From a virus (lineage: Duplodnaviria > Heunggongvirae > Uroviricota > Caudoviricetes), in IMG/VR virus record IMGVR_UViG_3300032245_000624: a DNA stretch of 64,000 nucleotides; one strand, 5' to 3'. Below, piece by piece: positions 30,863 to 39,117 of the stretch; the first letter of the stretch is position 1, and each line of letters opens with the position of its first letter. The position numbers were made by a program, and so were the translations under genes. The notes beneath the pieces were generated by a model, which saw only the letters and a program-made list of their open reading frames with translations, searched no databases and had not been told where the DNA came from.

Positions 30863-31153
30863 TCACTCCTGTTTTAAAACATACAATGTTACCAAGTGCG
30901 GGTCCACTGCAACCATGTCCATTGGATACTTGAGATATCCGTCACCGCGATATTTAGGACGTACTGGTTGCACCCGCAACATCTTAGGGTTTATCTTTGT
31001 TATCTGGCAGATCTGCATTCCGTGATGGCTCACTGCTACAGTCGTCCCGATCTCCAAAGGGTTTCCTAGCACATCGAAGTGTAGAGGTATCTCTTTTGTC
31101 TTGCTCATTCTTCTTTGCCTTCTTTTCAATTGGATCAGGGAAATGTGGCTCAA
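30863..31153 (-). CDS. Hypothetical protein (96 aa). Alternative to the overlapping ORF 30984..31223, and only one of the two is likely real
   Basis: Two ORFs in different frames overlap by 170 nt. Confidence 0.3.
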   Translation of the reverse strand: MSHISLIQLKRRQRRMSKTKEIPLHFDVLGNPLEIGTTVAVSHHGMQICQITKINPKMLRVQPVRPKYRGDGYLKYPMDMVAVDPHLVTLYVLKQE

Positions 31154-31223
31154 TCACATAATGATTAGCACTCCACCATCCAAACGCACTTATGAATCCA
31201 TATAAAAATATCTCAGCTACCAC
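30984..31223 (-). CDS. Hypothetical membrane protein (79 aa). Alternative to 30863..31153
   Basis: N-terminal TM helix. An 11 nt overlap with the upstream gene fits the coupling pattern of this operon. Confidence 0.35.
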   Translation of the reverse strand: MVAEIFLYGFISAFGWWSANHYVIEPHFPDPIEKKAKKNEQDKRDTSTLRCARKPFGDRDDCSSEPSRNADLPDNKDKP

Positions 31224-31413
31224 AATCCATCCTCCATGGGCATTGGCTCAACATAATTGTACTACAATCATCCTCACCAAAGCAATGAGGTTGGGAAAAT
31301 TCACTGCGCTTCAACCGGATAATGGTGTGCAGTTCTGCTCGTTCTTTTGAGTCGCCACGCCCTGTGTTAGAGAGCATGGCTTCCTCGTTAAGTAGACTCT
31401 GAATCTCTGTCAT
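31213..31413 (-). CDS. Hypothetical protein (66 aa)
   Basis: ORF. Confidence 0.4.
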   Translation of the reverse strand: MTEIQSLLNEEAMLSNTGRGDSKERAELHTIIRLKRSEFSQPHCFGEDDCSTIMLSQCPWRMDCGS

Positions 31414-31591
31414 CTTCTAGTGATTCATCAATACTAGTTGGTGGAACTTCGCTTGCCGGTGGTCTACCTGCTTTACGAGGAGCACCCCAGGGAGTAAATG
31501 ACCCACCTTCCGGTATGCCGCTTACTCCTGGTTTGATTTGCTGTATAACTCCACCATTGGCTAGAAACTCTTTAATTGCTTCATCTGTCAT
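31388..31591 (-). CDS. Hypothetical protein (67 aa)
   Basis: ORF. Confidence 0.4.
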   Translation of the reverse strand: MTDEAIKEFLANGGVIQQIKPGVSGIPEGGSFTPWGAPRKAGRPPASEVPPTSIDESLEDDRDSEST

Positions 31592-31594
31592 ATA

Positions 31595-32395
31595 TTATTT
31601 GCCATTTGTAGTCACAGTAGGAGTAACCACACCATTGATCACCAAGGTCTGCCCTTTGAACTCTGCAATAGCACGGGGCAATGCACGAACAGCGTCTGCT
31701 TCAGCTTCTGCTTTGAGCAAAGGAATTGCCATTGGGTTGGCCTGCATTGACTCATTGCGCTTCTTGGCAGTGGCCACTTTAACTTCTTCGGTCTTGAATT
31801 CGTTTTTAGCCTTAACCAATTCGTTAGCACTTTGCACAACACTGTCAGCCGGTTCAATGTTACGAATCAACACTTGGCTGATAATGATGGTGCCGTCTAG
31901 TTTTTCTTCTGCTAGTGTTTTGATCACTTGCTCTTTGATTTCAGTTTCCATGGCTTGACGAGCATCGCCCATTTCCAATGCTTCAAACTTACGTGCTGAC
32001 TTGTAGATAGCATTACGTGTGGCATTGAACACATAGTTGTACATCAAGTACACATCGCCATCATGTTTGGCGTGAAAACTCTTGTTCTTGGTGTTATAGA
32101 TCTCAGCCACTTGTGCCTGATTGATGTTGTAGGTAATCAAGGCATCAAAGTCTTTCATGGTGCTGTTGTCTTTGGCCAGCGGCGTCATGTTTTCAACTTT
32201 AACAGAGATCTCTTTGGTTGGGAATGTGATAACATCACCAATGATAGTTTGATTAAAACTACCAGGTAGCAGTTCATCGGTTTTGACCTGCTTGTCAAAG
32301 CCCACACGAAGTCCAACCTCACCTGTTTCAATACGAGTACAACCTGTAGCTAGAACAGCGGCGGCGAGAATAGACAGAGTAAAAATACGTTTCAT
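31595..32395 (-). CDS. SPFH/band-7 (prohibitin-like) domain lipoprotein
   Basis: Lipobox LATGC after the signal peptide. The GEVGLRVGF...SPFH-like region. Confidence 0.65.
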   Translation of the reverse strand: MKRIFTLSILAAAVLATGCTRIETGEVGLRVGFDKQVKTDELLPGSFNQTIIGDVITFPTKEISVKVENMTPLAKDNSTMKDFDALITYNINQAQVAEIYNTKNKSFHAKHDGDVYLMYNYVFNATRNAIYKSARKFEALEMGDARQAMETEIKEQVIKTLAEEKLDGTIIISQVLIRNIEPADSVVQSANELVKAKNEFKTEEVKVATAKKRNESMQANPMAIPLLKAEAEADAVRALPRAIAEFKGQTLVINGVVTPTVTTNGK

Positions 32396-32404
32396 TTGTG
32401 TTCC

Positions 32405-32581
32405 TTAAAATAAAATTACAAGAATGGTCATTACCAGCAGAGCCAGCAACGAAACAAGTATACTATACGCAATGGATTTTGTCAAGGTCCATCGTTCCTT
32501 GCCTTCCAACTTTCTCCAGGTTGTGATGCCTAAATGTATCAACACAGCCAATATGGCGAACACTAGCCAAAGTCTAATCAT
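32405..32581 (-). CDS. Unlisted small membrane protein (58 aa, MIRLWLVFAILAVLIHLGITTW...)
   Basis: TAATG overlap with the upstream stop. Two hydrophobic helices. Below the ORF-track size cutoff. Confidence 0.45.
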   Translation of the reverse strand: MIRLWLVFAILAVLIHLGITTWRKLEGKERWTLTKSIAYSILVSLLALLVMTILVILF

Positions 32582-32844
32582 TAGTAATTCCTTGTTAATG
32601 CGTGATAGGTTAAAAACTCTTTAAAAGCATTATAAACGATTTCTGCTTCTCGGTCATCCTGTTTCACAGGAATCCCACGAACATAAAATCCCGTTTTGGT
32701 AATCTTGAGCATTTCGCTTTTTTCAAGGTCGGGGCCAGCATGGAACACAATATTACCAGCTTCGGGCTCGTTTCCTCGCAGTACATACTTGGTATCCGGA
32801 AAGCTAGGATCGCGACTGGCACTGAGCAGTTTCTTTTTGTTCAT
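32581..32844 (-). CDS. Hypothetical protein (87 aa)
   Basis: ORF. Confidence 0.5.
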   Translation of the reverse strand: MNKKKLLSASRDPSFPDTKYVLRGNEPEAGNIVFHAGPDLEKSEMLKITKTGFYVRGIPVKQDDREAEIVYNAFKEFLTYHALTRNY

Positions 32845-33002
32845 TTGGCCATGATCCTGGCTAGAACTTCGTTGGCTTCTTTGAAGTCCTTGTAGTCTAG
32901 CACACGCTCTACAAGATCTTCTTTGAGCTGTTCCATTTGTTTAATAATAAGATTTCCGTCCCACATTGTATAGGGCTGTGTCCATTTGATCTTGTAGTTC
33001 AT
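32841..33002 (-). CDS. Unlisted small protein (53 aa, MNYKIKWTQPYTMWDGNLIIKQ...)
   Basis: ATGA overlaps at both ends (32841-32844 and 32999-33002). Confidence 0.45.
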   Translation of the reverse strand: MNYKIKWTQPYTMWDGNLIIKQMEQLKEDLVERVLDYKDFKEANEVLARIMAK

Positions 33003-33199
33003 ACTGCATCCTCAATTCCAAAGTGAATATCGTGTAGACACTGTGCCGCATCATCGTATCCATTGCTACGGAGTGTACGGATACATTGTTGGATCAATAA
33101 CTCTGCAAAACGCTGTTCAGCCTTATAACTAAAAAAGCCAAGACCAGCATCAGTTTCTTTTCGTGCCTGTAGTAATAGTTCTCTAAATTGTTCGTTCAT
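32999..33199 (-). CDS. Hypothetical protein (66 aa)
   Basis: ORF. Confidence 0.45.
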   Translation of the reverse strand: MNEQFRELLLQARKETDAGLGFFSYKAEQRFAELLIQQCIRTLRSNGYDDAAQCLHDIHFGIEDAV

Positions 33200-33444
33200 T
33201 CTTCAACTCCAAACTTGTGTTTGATTTCTGCCACACAATCCCTGCGAAAAGCATCTTCAATTTGATCACGATAATCCTTGTATCCTGGCTCTATGCCTTC
33301 TACGATGGTTACACACCGTTGCACAATCAACTTGGCAAACTTTTCATGATCAAAGTTGCTGTAGGGATTATAGCACTCTAAGGCTAGTTCTTTAATTTGT
33401 TGGTTCATCAGTTGTCCTCTGTGGATAATAGTAGGTGCAGTCAC
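33196..33444 (-). CDS. Hypothetical protein (82 aa)
   Basis: ORF. Confidence 0.45.
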   Translation of the reverse strand: MTAPTIIHRGQLMNQQIKELALECYNPYSNFDHEKFAKLIVQRCVTIVEGIEPGYKDYRDQIEDAFRRDCVAEIKHKFGVEE

Positions 33445-33613
33445 TACGGCGTATGTCCCAACTGCTGCCTAGGCCGCCCAGATGTTGTAGGCACCATCTA
33501 GCACGGTCATGTGCTTGCGGCACAGCCATGGGCCAAGGCGTGTTGTTGCGGCACTGTATGTACTGCTTGAGATAAACATAACTTTGTTCACGAGCCCACA
33601 TGATCAACTTCAT
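33392..33613 (-). CDS. Hypothetical protein (73 aa), uncertain
   Basis: Overlaps both neighbours. Confidence 0.3.
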   Translation of the reverse strand: MKLIMWAREQSYVYLKQYIQCRNNTPWPMAVPQAHDRARWCLQHLGGLGSSWDIRRSDCTYYYPQRTTDEPTN

Positions 33614-33875
33614 CTATGGGTTGATCAGGGATATTCTCAGTGTCTCCGTCCTGTGCCAACACAAAGCCCAGGTGCAACATGTCTCGCATCTGAGCCACGG
33701 TGATGCTACCACGGAAAACAAACAGTCGGCAGGTGAGATTGTCCTGGCTGTAGTAGACTCTATAGCTCACACGCTCAACACCCAGCAGGTCAGCGACCTC
33801 TTGTAGTGTAACACCGTCAGGCCAGTCTTCGGTCACGCTGTGTCGTGTTTTCTCGTAGTAGAAATCCTGCATCAT
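33588..33875 (-). CDS. Hypothetical protein (95 aa)
   Basis: ORF. Confidence 0.45.
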   Translation of the reverse strand: MMQDFYYEKTRHSVTEDWPDGVTLQEVADLLGVERVSYRVYYSQDNLTCRLFVFRGSITVAQMRDMLHLGFVLAQDGDTENIPDQPIDEVDHVGS

Positions 33876-34090
33876 AGTTCAACTCCTAACAGCCTGGCAC
33901 GATTGGTTTCGTAGATCTCGTTGAACACAATCCTAGCACTGGCGTGACTGATGGTGCCATCTTCCACTCGCTGAATTATCGTGGCCAACTCTGCAGGCGG
34001 CACCAACAAGGTCATCAACTGCCAACGCTGTGTGTCGTTCATTGTGTACGCACAATCCGTGTTACATTGGCTACACGGAAACTGCGCCAT
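33872..34090 (-). CDS. Hypothetical protein (72 aa)
   Basis: ORF. Confidence 0.45.
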   Translation of the reverse strand: MAQFPCSQCNTDCAYTMNDTQRWQLMTLLVPPAELATIIQRVEDGTISHASARIVFNEIYETNRARLLGVEL

Positions 34091-34341
34091 TCCATTTTGT
34101 CCATGCAGAACACACTTAGCGTCTCGGGCTTGTACACACGGGTTTCATGAAACTCTTTGAGTGGCTGTGGTGGTAGCAGTGTGCTATCCAGTGTACAGGG
34201 CATGGTGCGAACTTCTCCATTTACTTTAGTAAAGGTTACCTCACACACGCCGTGGTGTAACATGCTACGGATCTCACGGTTGCGACTGTCCACATCCAGA
34301 TCATCTGGTGCTTGGTTATATACAATTTCCATGCTACTCAT
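34039..34341 (-). CDS. Hypothetical protein (100 aa)
   Basis: ORF. Confidence 0.45.
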   Translation of the reverse strand: MSSMEIVYNQAPDDLDVDSRNREIRSMLHHGVCEVTFTKVNGEVRTMPCTLDSTLLPPQPLKEFHETRVYKPETLSVFCMDKMEWRSFRVANVTRIVRTQ

Positions 34342-34579
34342 TTTCTAATTCCTTTTCTACTTTTCGTATCCACACACTTACATCTTCCATGATTTCAATT
34401 ATTTCATGGCTGTCGTATTCTGCGGCATTATCAAATTCTTCGCAAGCCTCAATAAACGCATGAGCCGCTTGTTGCATCTTTTCAAATGCCCGACTAGGGT
34501 TTTTCATATTATCTCCAGATCCTGTGTTTTTCCGCAACCCACTCAGCGCCATCATACTCATCAATTTCCCAATCAACAT
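34334..34579 (-). CDS. Hypothetical protein (81 aa, likely starting at an internal Met near 34507)
   Basis: ORF. Confidence 0.4.
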   Translation of the reverse strand: MLIGKLMSMMALSGLRKNTGSGDNMKNPSRAFEKMQQAAHAFIEACEEFDNAAEYDSHEIIEIMEDVSVWIRKVEKELENE

Positions 34580-35000
34580 TGGCAGGGATTTCTACAACCT
34601 TGAGTTCTGCGTGACGTCCGTTTGCCGCATTGCCCAGTTCTTCGACCACTGCCACAAGATACGGATCGTCACGTGCTAGATCGCGATCAGTGAACACGGT
34701 GCGGCTGTATGCCGCATTCCATGCTTGACGCTGTGCTAGGCTCATGCTGTGCCAATCCTCTGGGTCGCCTTTGATCTGTTCTTCTGGTGGTACCAAGTAG
34801 TAGATAAATGGAATTAGTCCGGCAAACTTGTCATTGGCTTCGGTCCACACTGGTGTGCCACACTTGTCAAGATATGCCAAGATACCTTCGTGACTGAGTC
34901 CAAAGCCACCGTGGCAGTTGTTGATCACAACCTTACGGATACCTTTAAGATGTGCAATAGTGCGATCGTATTCTTTTAGTACTACATCATTCATACTCAA
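34509..35000 (-). CDS. Hypothetical protein (163 aa)
   Basis: ORF. Confidence 0.5.
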   Translation of the reverse strand: MSMNDVVLKEYDRTIAHLKGIRKVVINNCHGGFGLSHEGILAYLDKCGTPVWTEANDKFAGLIPFIYYLVPPEEQIKGDPEDWHSMSLAQRQAWNAAYSRTVFTDRDLARDDPYLVAVVEELGNAANGRHAELKVVEIPANVDWEIDEYDGAEWVAEKHRIWR

Positions 35001-35188
35001 TCTCCAAAATGGCCACGAATTGCTTTAACAGCGTCTTCCATTGTAGCATCTTTTGGTAGCATGTCAATCACATACAATGTTTCATCTACCACAAGATCAC
35101 CAAAGCTCTGTTGCAGTTTAGAATTAACATTTGGGTAGAGACTACCGCCAGCCATTAGACTGAGTCGTTGTTGTATTTCAGTTTTCAT
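34997..35188 (-). CDS. Hypothetical protein (63 aa)
   Basis: ORF. Confidence 0.45.
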   Translation of the reverse strand: MKTEIQQRLSLMAGGSLYPNVNSKLQQSFGDLVVDETLYVIDMLPKDATMEDAVKAIRGHFGD

Positions 35189-35190
35189 GC

Positions 35191-35466
35191 TTACACCTCA
35201 AAAATATTAGACCAGGTTTTCAATTTCTCACGTTTGGCTTCTGCGGCTTTTTCAATGTTGGTCCAGCTCACAATATCCAATTCCTGCAGGATATCAATCA
35301 TGGCATACAAGTCACCCAGTTCTTCTTCCAGGTGCTCACGGTTGGTCTTGGGCTTGCCGGGCTTGACGTTGTCAATACCAAAGCGCCGAATCTTGCTCAC
35401 TGCTTGGATCACTTCTGCACACTCTTCTTGTAGAATGTCCATCACTTCACTTGTTGTTTTGTTCAT
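35191..35466 (-). CDS. MazG-like nucleotide pyrophosphohydrolase
   Basis: EECAEVIQA...EELGDLYAMIDIL matches the all-alpha NTP-PPase (MazG) fold. Confidence 0.65.
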   Translation of the reverse strand: MNKTTSEVMDILQEECAEVIQAVSKIRRFGIDNVKPGKPKTNREHLEEELGDLYAMIDILQELDIVSWTNIEKAAEAKREKLKTWSNIFEV

Positions 35467-35671
35467 GTTCGTCCTCTAGTTCATCTTCATAGCATTTCAC
35501 AGTACCATTGCAACAATGGAAACAGGTGTAGGGCCGGCCACTTTCGTCCAGGTCCATAAACCAGCCACCACCGCATCGAGGGCAGTCTATTTCTGTGCGT
35601 TCAGCTGTCACAATTTTTCTCCAGGTGCAAATCCACGGAAGCCTTTGAATCGGGGGAAACGCAGGCTCCAT
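35447..35671 (-). CDS. Small zinc-ribbon protein (74 aa)
   Basis: CPRCGGGW...CFHCCNG. Confidence 0.45.
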   Translation of the reverse strand: MEPAFPPIQRLPWICTWRKIVTAERTEIDCPRCGGGWFMDLDESGRPYTCFHCCNGTVKCYEDELEDEHEQNNK

Positions 35672-36936
35672 TCGCCTTCACTGTCTTGATTCTGTGTAGC
35701 GGCATCTGCTCGCACTTCCACTACCTGCCCAATCACAGCCGCCTGGTCTGCCCAAATAGCATCACGCTGTGCATCAGTTAGACCCGAGCCTACGTTGGTG
35801 CGAATAGTTTTACCGTCATCCACACCTTCTACAATCAAGGCACCTAGACGTCCTGCATTTTTGCCTGTGCCTTCTTCCAAGCCTACCACAGTAAGCGATA
35901 CTTCAATAAAGGGCTTTTGCTTGAGCCAGGCCACTGTGCGTTTGGTTTCGTACTTGGCTTCTGGATCCTTGATCATAATGCCTTCATAGCCACGCTTGAT
36001 TGCAGTTTTGTTGATGTCTGCAAACAGCGCACGGCCTTCAGGCTCGTCTAAATCGACCAATTGACGTCCTACCACAGCCACATTAGGCATGTGATCTTTG
36101 ATAGCCGCATACCATACGTCCAGTGTGTGACTGCGATCCAGCTGGCGATGCTCACCACGGCCTGCTTGGAACTCACGCAGAGTCAATATGTCAAACAAGT
36201 GCAACACCGCATCACTGGCAGATACATCACTTTTACGATGCACCTGCTTCATCAAGTCTTGGAATGTGGCACTCATGATCTCGCCATCCAGTACAGTGGG
36301 TTCTGCAAAGAACACGGCATGCTTGGCAATTTGTTTTGCAATGTGATCAAAGTTTGCCAGTACCTTGCCATTGCGACTGTACATTTCAACAGAGTTGGTA
36401 GCAGGATATATCACTGTGATCACACGCACACCATCTAGTTTTACTTCAACTAGTTTTTGTCCAGTGACCTTGCTCTCGTGGTTGGCACCATCGTGTGCCA
36501 GCTGACAGCTAAACACAGGAACCGCAAAATCAGGATGTGACTTGGATACCACACTGTTTACAGTTTTTTCACTCACACCACAGCGCAGGTCCTTGATTAG
36601 AATACGTCGATACCAGTTGTTCCATTCTGTTTCTGTTGCATTAGAACGCAGAGTGTTGATAGTAAACAGAGCTTGATTACCCGTTAGTTTGCGTTCTGCC
36701 AGTTCTTGTGCAATACGCCAGAATGTTTCTGCTTTGATTCCTTTGCCGTCACCAGTCTTGGGTTCCACTTGTTTGACACCAAATGTGATCATTGAATCCA
36801 GTGCGGCACGACAGCCACGAAAGAATTCCGTGTTGCCTGCTTCCGCTTCGTTGCGGATAATCATTTCTTTTGCCAGGCGACTGTTATCTGCTTCTAGTTG
36901 AGCAATAATGTCCCATGGATCATTTAGCTTGTTCAT
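35608..36936 (-). CDS. ATP-dependent DNA ligase
   Basis: Motif I KLDGVR, motif IV EGIMIKD and motif V LKQKPF. Confidence 0.8.
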   Translation of the reverse strand: MNKLNDPWDIIAQLEADNSRLAKEMIIRNEAEAGNTEFFRGCRAALDSMITFGVKQVEPKTGDGKGIKAETFWRIAQELAERKLTGNQALFTINTLRSNATETEWNNWYRRILIKDLRCGVSEKTVNSVVSKSHPDFAVPVFSCQLAHDGANHESKVTGQKLVEVKLDGVRVITVIYPATNSVEMYSRNGKVLANFDHIAKQIAKHAVFFAEPTVLDGEIMSATFQDLMKQVHRKSDVSASDAVLHLFDILTLREFQAGRGEHRQLDRSHTLDVWYAAIKDHMPNVAVVGRQLVDLDEPEGRALFADINKTAIKRGYEGIMIKDPEAKYETKRTVAWLKQKPFIEVSLTVVGLEEGTGKNAGRLGALIVEGVDDGKTIRTNVGSGLTDAQRDAIWADQAAVIGQVVEVRADAATQNQDSEGEWSLRFPRFKGFRGFAPGEKL

Positions 36937-37324
36937 TTTCTACCTCAGTTACATGACGGCATGCGCCACGAAATTTGAATCCAGCACATGTACAATTATA
37001 CACGGAACCATCTTTTTCTACAACATATTTGGCGCCTTTGCTACCCGCAATGATCCAGGTAGTTTCGGCCACTGCTTGTTCTGGGTCAATCCAGTCGTAG
37101 ATGTCATTGCGTACTTCTTCAAACTTTCGGCCACGTGCATCAATTGAAATGGGCTTGCTGAATGTTTGGGTATCTTTGGGATTGCCAAAACGAGCATACG
37201 CATACATCTTGTTTTTGGCATCGTCCATCCAGTACACATGATTGCAGTTGAACTGGGTGTCCGCCCACTCAGTGGTTTCCAAAAATGCTTTCATTACTTG
37301 ACCAATGCGTAGTTCTTGTTCCAC
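36920..37324 (-). CDS. SWIM zinc-finger protein (134 aa)
   Basis: CTCAGFKFRGACRH matches CxCxnCxH. Confidence 0.5.
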   Translation of the reverse strand: MEQELRIGQVMKAFLETTEWADTQFNCNHVYWMDDAKNKMYAYARFGNPKDTQTFSKPISIDARGRKFEEVRNDIYDWIDPEQAVAETTWIIAGSKGAKYVVEKDGSVYNCTCAGFKFRGACRHVTEVENEQAK

Positions 37325-37677
37325 GCACCAATGCTGAGGTGAGTGTAGAAGGCAGTGTGGAAGTAGTCAGTCATTGCGTCTGACTCATCAAAGTAAACAC
37401 GACCGCCTGCACGACCCGGAGCATTGTGCATGATCTCATTGATCTTGATCAGTGCTTCGCAAGCCACAGCATCTTTCCAGTGATCCTTGATCCAGTACTG
37501 GTTTACCTGACAGTAGCCATTGTGCAGATTTTCGCTGAAGTCTGCATCACCTTGCAGGATAGTAACATCAACTGACAAGGAGCCAGCACCTTTGCGAACG
37601 CCAAACTTCCAATTTGGAAAAGCGGCTTTGAGTTCGGTGCGGATTGCTTTAACGTCTTCTGCGGAAATGTATGCCAT
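37294..37677 (-). CDS. Hypothetical protein (127 aa)
   Basis: ORF directly downstream of promoter cassette copy A. Confidence 0.5.
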   Translation of the reverse strand: MAYISAEDVKAIRTELKAAFPNWKFGVRKGAGSLSVDVTILQGDADFSENLHNGYCQVNQYWIKDHWKDAVACEALIKINEIMHNAPGRAGGRVYFDESDAMTDYFHTAFYTHLSIGAWNKNYALVK

Positions 37678-37708
37678 TTGCTTGCTCCTTTTGTTTAACT
37701 TAGCCTAT

Positions 37709-37737
37709 AGTATAGCAAAATGGGTAGATTTGGTCAA
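37709..37737 (-). promoter_or_regulatory. Phage promoter cassette copy A: TTGACC-17-TATACT followed by the conserved leader ATAGGCTAAGTTAAACAAAAGGAG
   Basis: Plus ggtcaa at 37732-37737 and agtata at 37709-37714. The cassette is repeated near-identically at 46.06, 50.82, 53.65 and 53.98 kb. Confidence 0.7.
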
Positions 37738-37751
37738 CCGTTTTTTCCATA

Positions 37752-37780
37752 AAAAAACCCTTGATTTACAAGGGTTTTTT
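37752..37780 (-). terminator. Rho-independent terminator (AACCCUUGUAAAUCAAGGGUU plus UUUUUUA)
   Basis: Hairpin plus U-tract immediately upstream of promoter A. Confidence 0.65.
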
Positions 37781-37800
37781 GTAGTACTTTTGTTAACAGA

Positions 37801-37875
37801 TTAACGATTTGCAATGTACATGGTGATTTCAAAACCATAACGCATTTCTGTTGCACTTGGTGTGGTCCATTTCAT
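37801..37875 (-). CDS. pqqA: PqqA-like peptide (24 aa: MKWTTPSATEMRYGFEITMYIANR)
   Basis: RBS AAGGAG 7 nt upstream of the ATG. Matches the PqqA signature W-x-x-P...R-x-G-F-E-[VI]-T-x-Y, including the Glu and Tyr that form PQQ. Close to Pseudomonas-type PqqA. Confidence 0.5.
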   Translation of the reverse strand: MKWTTPSATEMRYGFEITMYIANR

Positions 37876-37984
37876 AATTTTCTCCTTGAATGATTAAATG
37901 ACATACTTAGGTGATGTCCTAGTATGTATCTCTATTGTACAGGCAAAAATGGTCAAATCATATCCAGGAAATCATGATTGTTGG

Positions 37985-38001
37985 CTAGTGAAATTCACTA
38001 G
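37985..38001 (-). promoter_or_regulatory. Perfect palindrome CTAGTGAA-A-TTCACTAG, upstream of a TTGACC -35-like box (37951-37956) ahead of the pqqA-like ORF
   Basis: 17 nt palindrome seen in the sequence. The loop is too small for an RNA hairpin, so it looks like an operator. Confidence 0.4.
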
Positions 38002-38003
38002 GC

Positions 38004-38201
38004 CTATTGTTCAGATCTGCCACTGGTGCAACTGTCGTTCCAAAGGCCCTGGGCTTGCTTCTTGTACTCGTAGAGCTCAAGTTCATTCTTGTACTCGTCT
38101 TCGGTCAGGCCATGCCATCCACAGCAGTAGCCTGTGGGACTGCGACCACAACCACATCGTCCAATGTCACTGGAGTTTTCTTTTACTCGCACCTGCATCA
38201 T
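38004..38201 (-). CDS. Small Cys-rich protein (65 aa, GRCGCGRSPTGYCCGWHG)
   Basis: ATGA overlap with the upstream gene at 38198-38201. Confidence 0.45.
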   Translation of the reverse strand: MMQVRVKENSSDIGRCGCGRSPTGYCCGWHGLTEDEYKNELELYEYKKQAQGLWNDSCTSGRSEQ

Positions 38202-38599
38202 TTTCCTTTCGTGTCTTGGGCTATTTTTTTATAGCCCGACCAGCTGGGATGAACCTTGTCTGGTTGTAATCCAGTAATGGGTACCACGGTGTCATTGTGC
38301 TGTTCAGCAACTATCTTGACCATGTTTTGAATGTCGGGCTTGATAGCTGGCATGATCCAGTACACTCGATCTGCTTGTACACGAGCTCGTAGTTGTTGCA
38401 ACTCCCATATGGTTCGTACACCAGCATGATCGTTTGATCCAAGGCTAATGATAACTGTTTGACCAGTTAGTTCTTTATTGGCATATCGTTGATTCCAATC
38501 GCGACTGTTGATACCGCCTTTGCTATAACTCACACACTCAGGACGAACCTGTGCTGTGCCTACTGCTATTGAATCTCCAAGTATCAAACAATCTAACAT
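38198..38599 (-). CDS. SGNH/GDSL-family hydrolase
   Basis: Blocks LGDSIAVG, GSND and DKVHPS. Confidence 0.55.
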   Translation of the reverse strand: MLDCLILGDSIAVGTAQVRPECVSYSKGGINSRDWNQRYANKELTGQTVIISLGSNDHAGVRTIWELQQLRARVQADRVYWIMPAIKPDIQNMVKIVAEQHNDTVVPITGLQPDKVHPSWSGYKKIAQDTKGK

Positions 38600-38610
38600 T
38601 TTGTCTCCGA

Positions 38611-39117
38611 TTAACTGTTAAGAACTTTGGCAACACTATTCATAACACTGGCAATGCGGCCAATGTCACGAAGCTGTTCCACAGTGTAGCCTTCTGTCTT
38701 CAATGTTTCGTAATGTGCTTTCACACAGAAGTGACATTTGCCCACAATACTTGCGGCAAGACTAAAAGCTTCAAAGTTTGACTTTGTAGTTCCGCCATGA
38801 CTTGCGATTGCGTTCATACGCAGACCTGCTGGCAGGCCTTTAAGAGCAGGATCATCAGCCATTTCAACATAAGGATACCATACATTGTTTTGGGCCATGA
38901 TCGAGGCCGCTGTCATTGCTGACTCTGCATGTACAGGTGCGTCTGCTAGTATGACTGATAGGATTTTACCGTTGCCAGTTGCAGCCAATGACGCTACAGC
39001 ACAACCCATAGCAACATCAGCATCCAATGTACTACGCAAAAGAACAGCATCAAGATTTAACTTGGTATCTTTTGCGTAGTCTGGCAACGCTGATTTAACT
39101 GCGTCGATGAATGCCAT
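38611..39117 (-). CDS. ahpD: AhpD-like carboxymuconolactone decarboxylase-family protein (alkylhydroperoxidase)
   Basis: CHFCVKAH CxxC-H signature. Adjacent to ahpC. Confidence 0.65.
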   Translation of the reverse strand: MAFIDAVKSALPDYAKDTKLNLDAVLLRSTLDADVAMGCAVASLAATGNGKILSVILADAPVHAESAMTAASIMAQNNVWYPYVEMADDPALKGLPAGLRMNAIASHGGTTKSNFEAFSLAASIVGKCHFCVKAHYETLKTEGYTVEQLRDIGRIASVMNSVAKVLNS

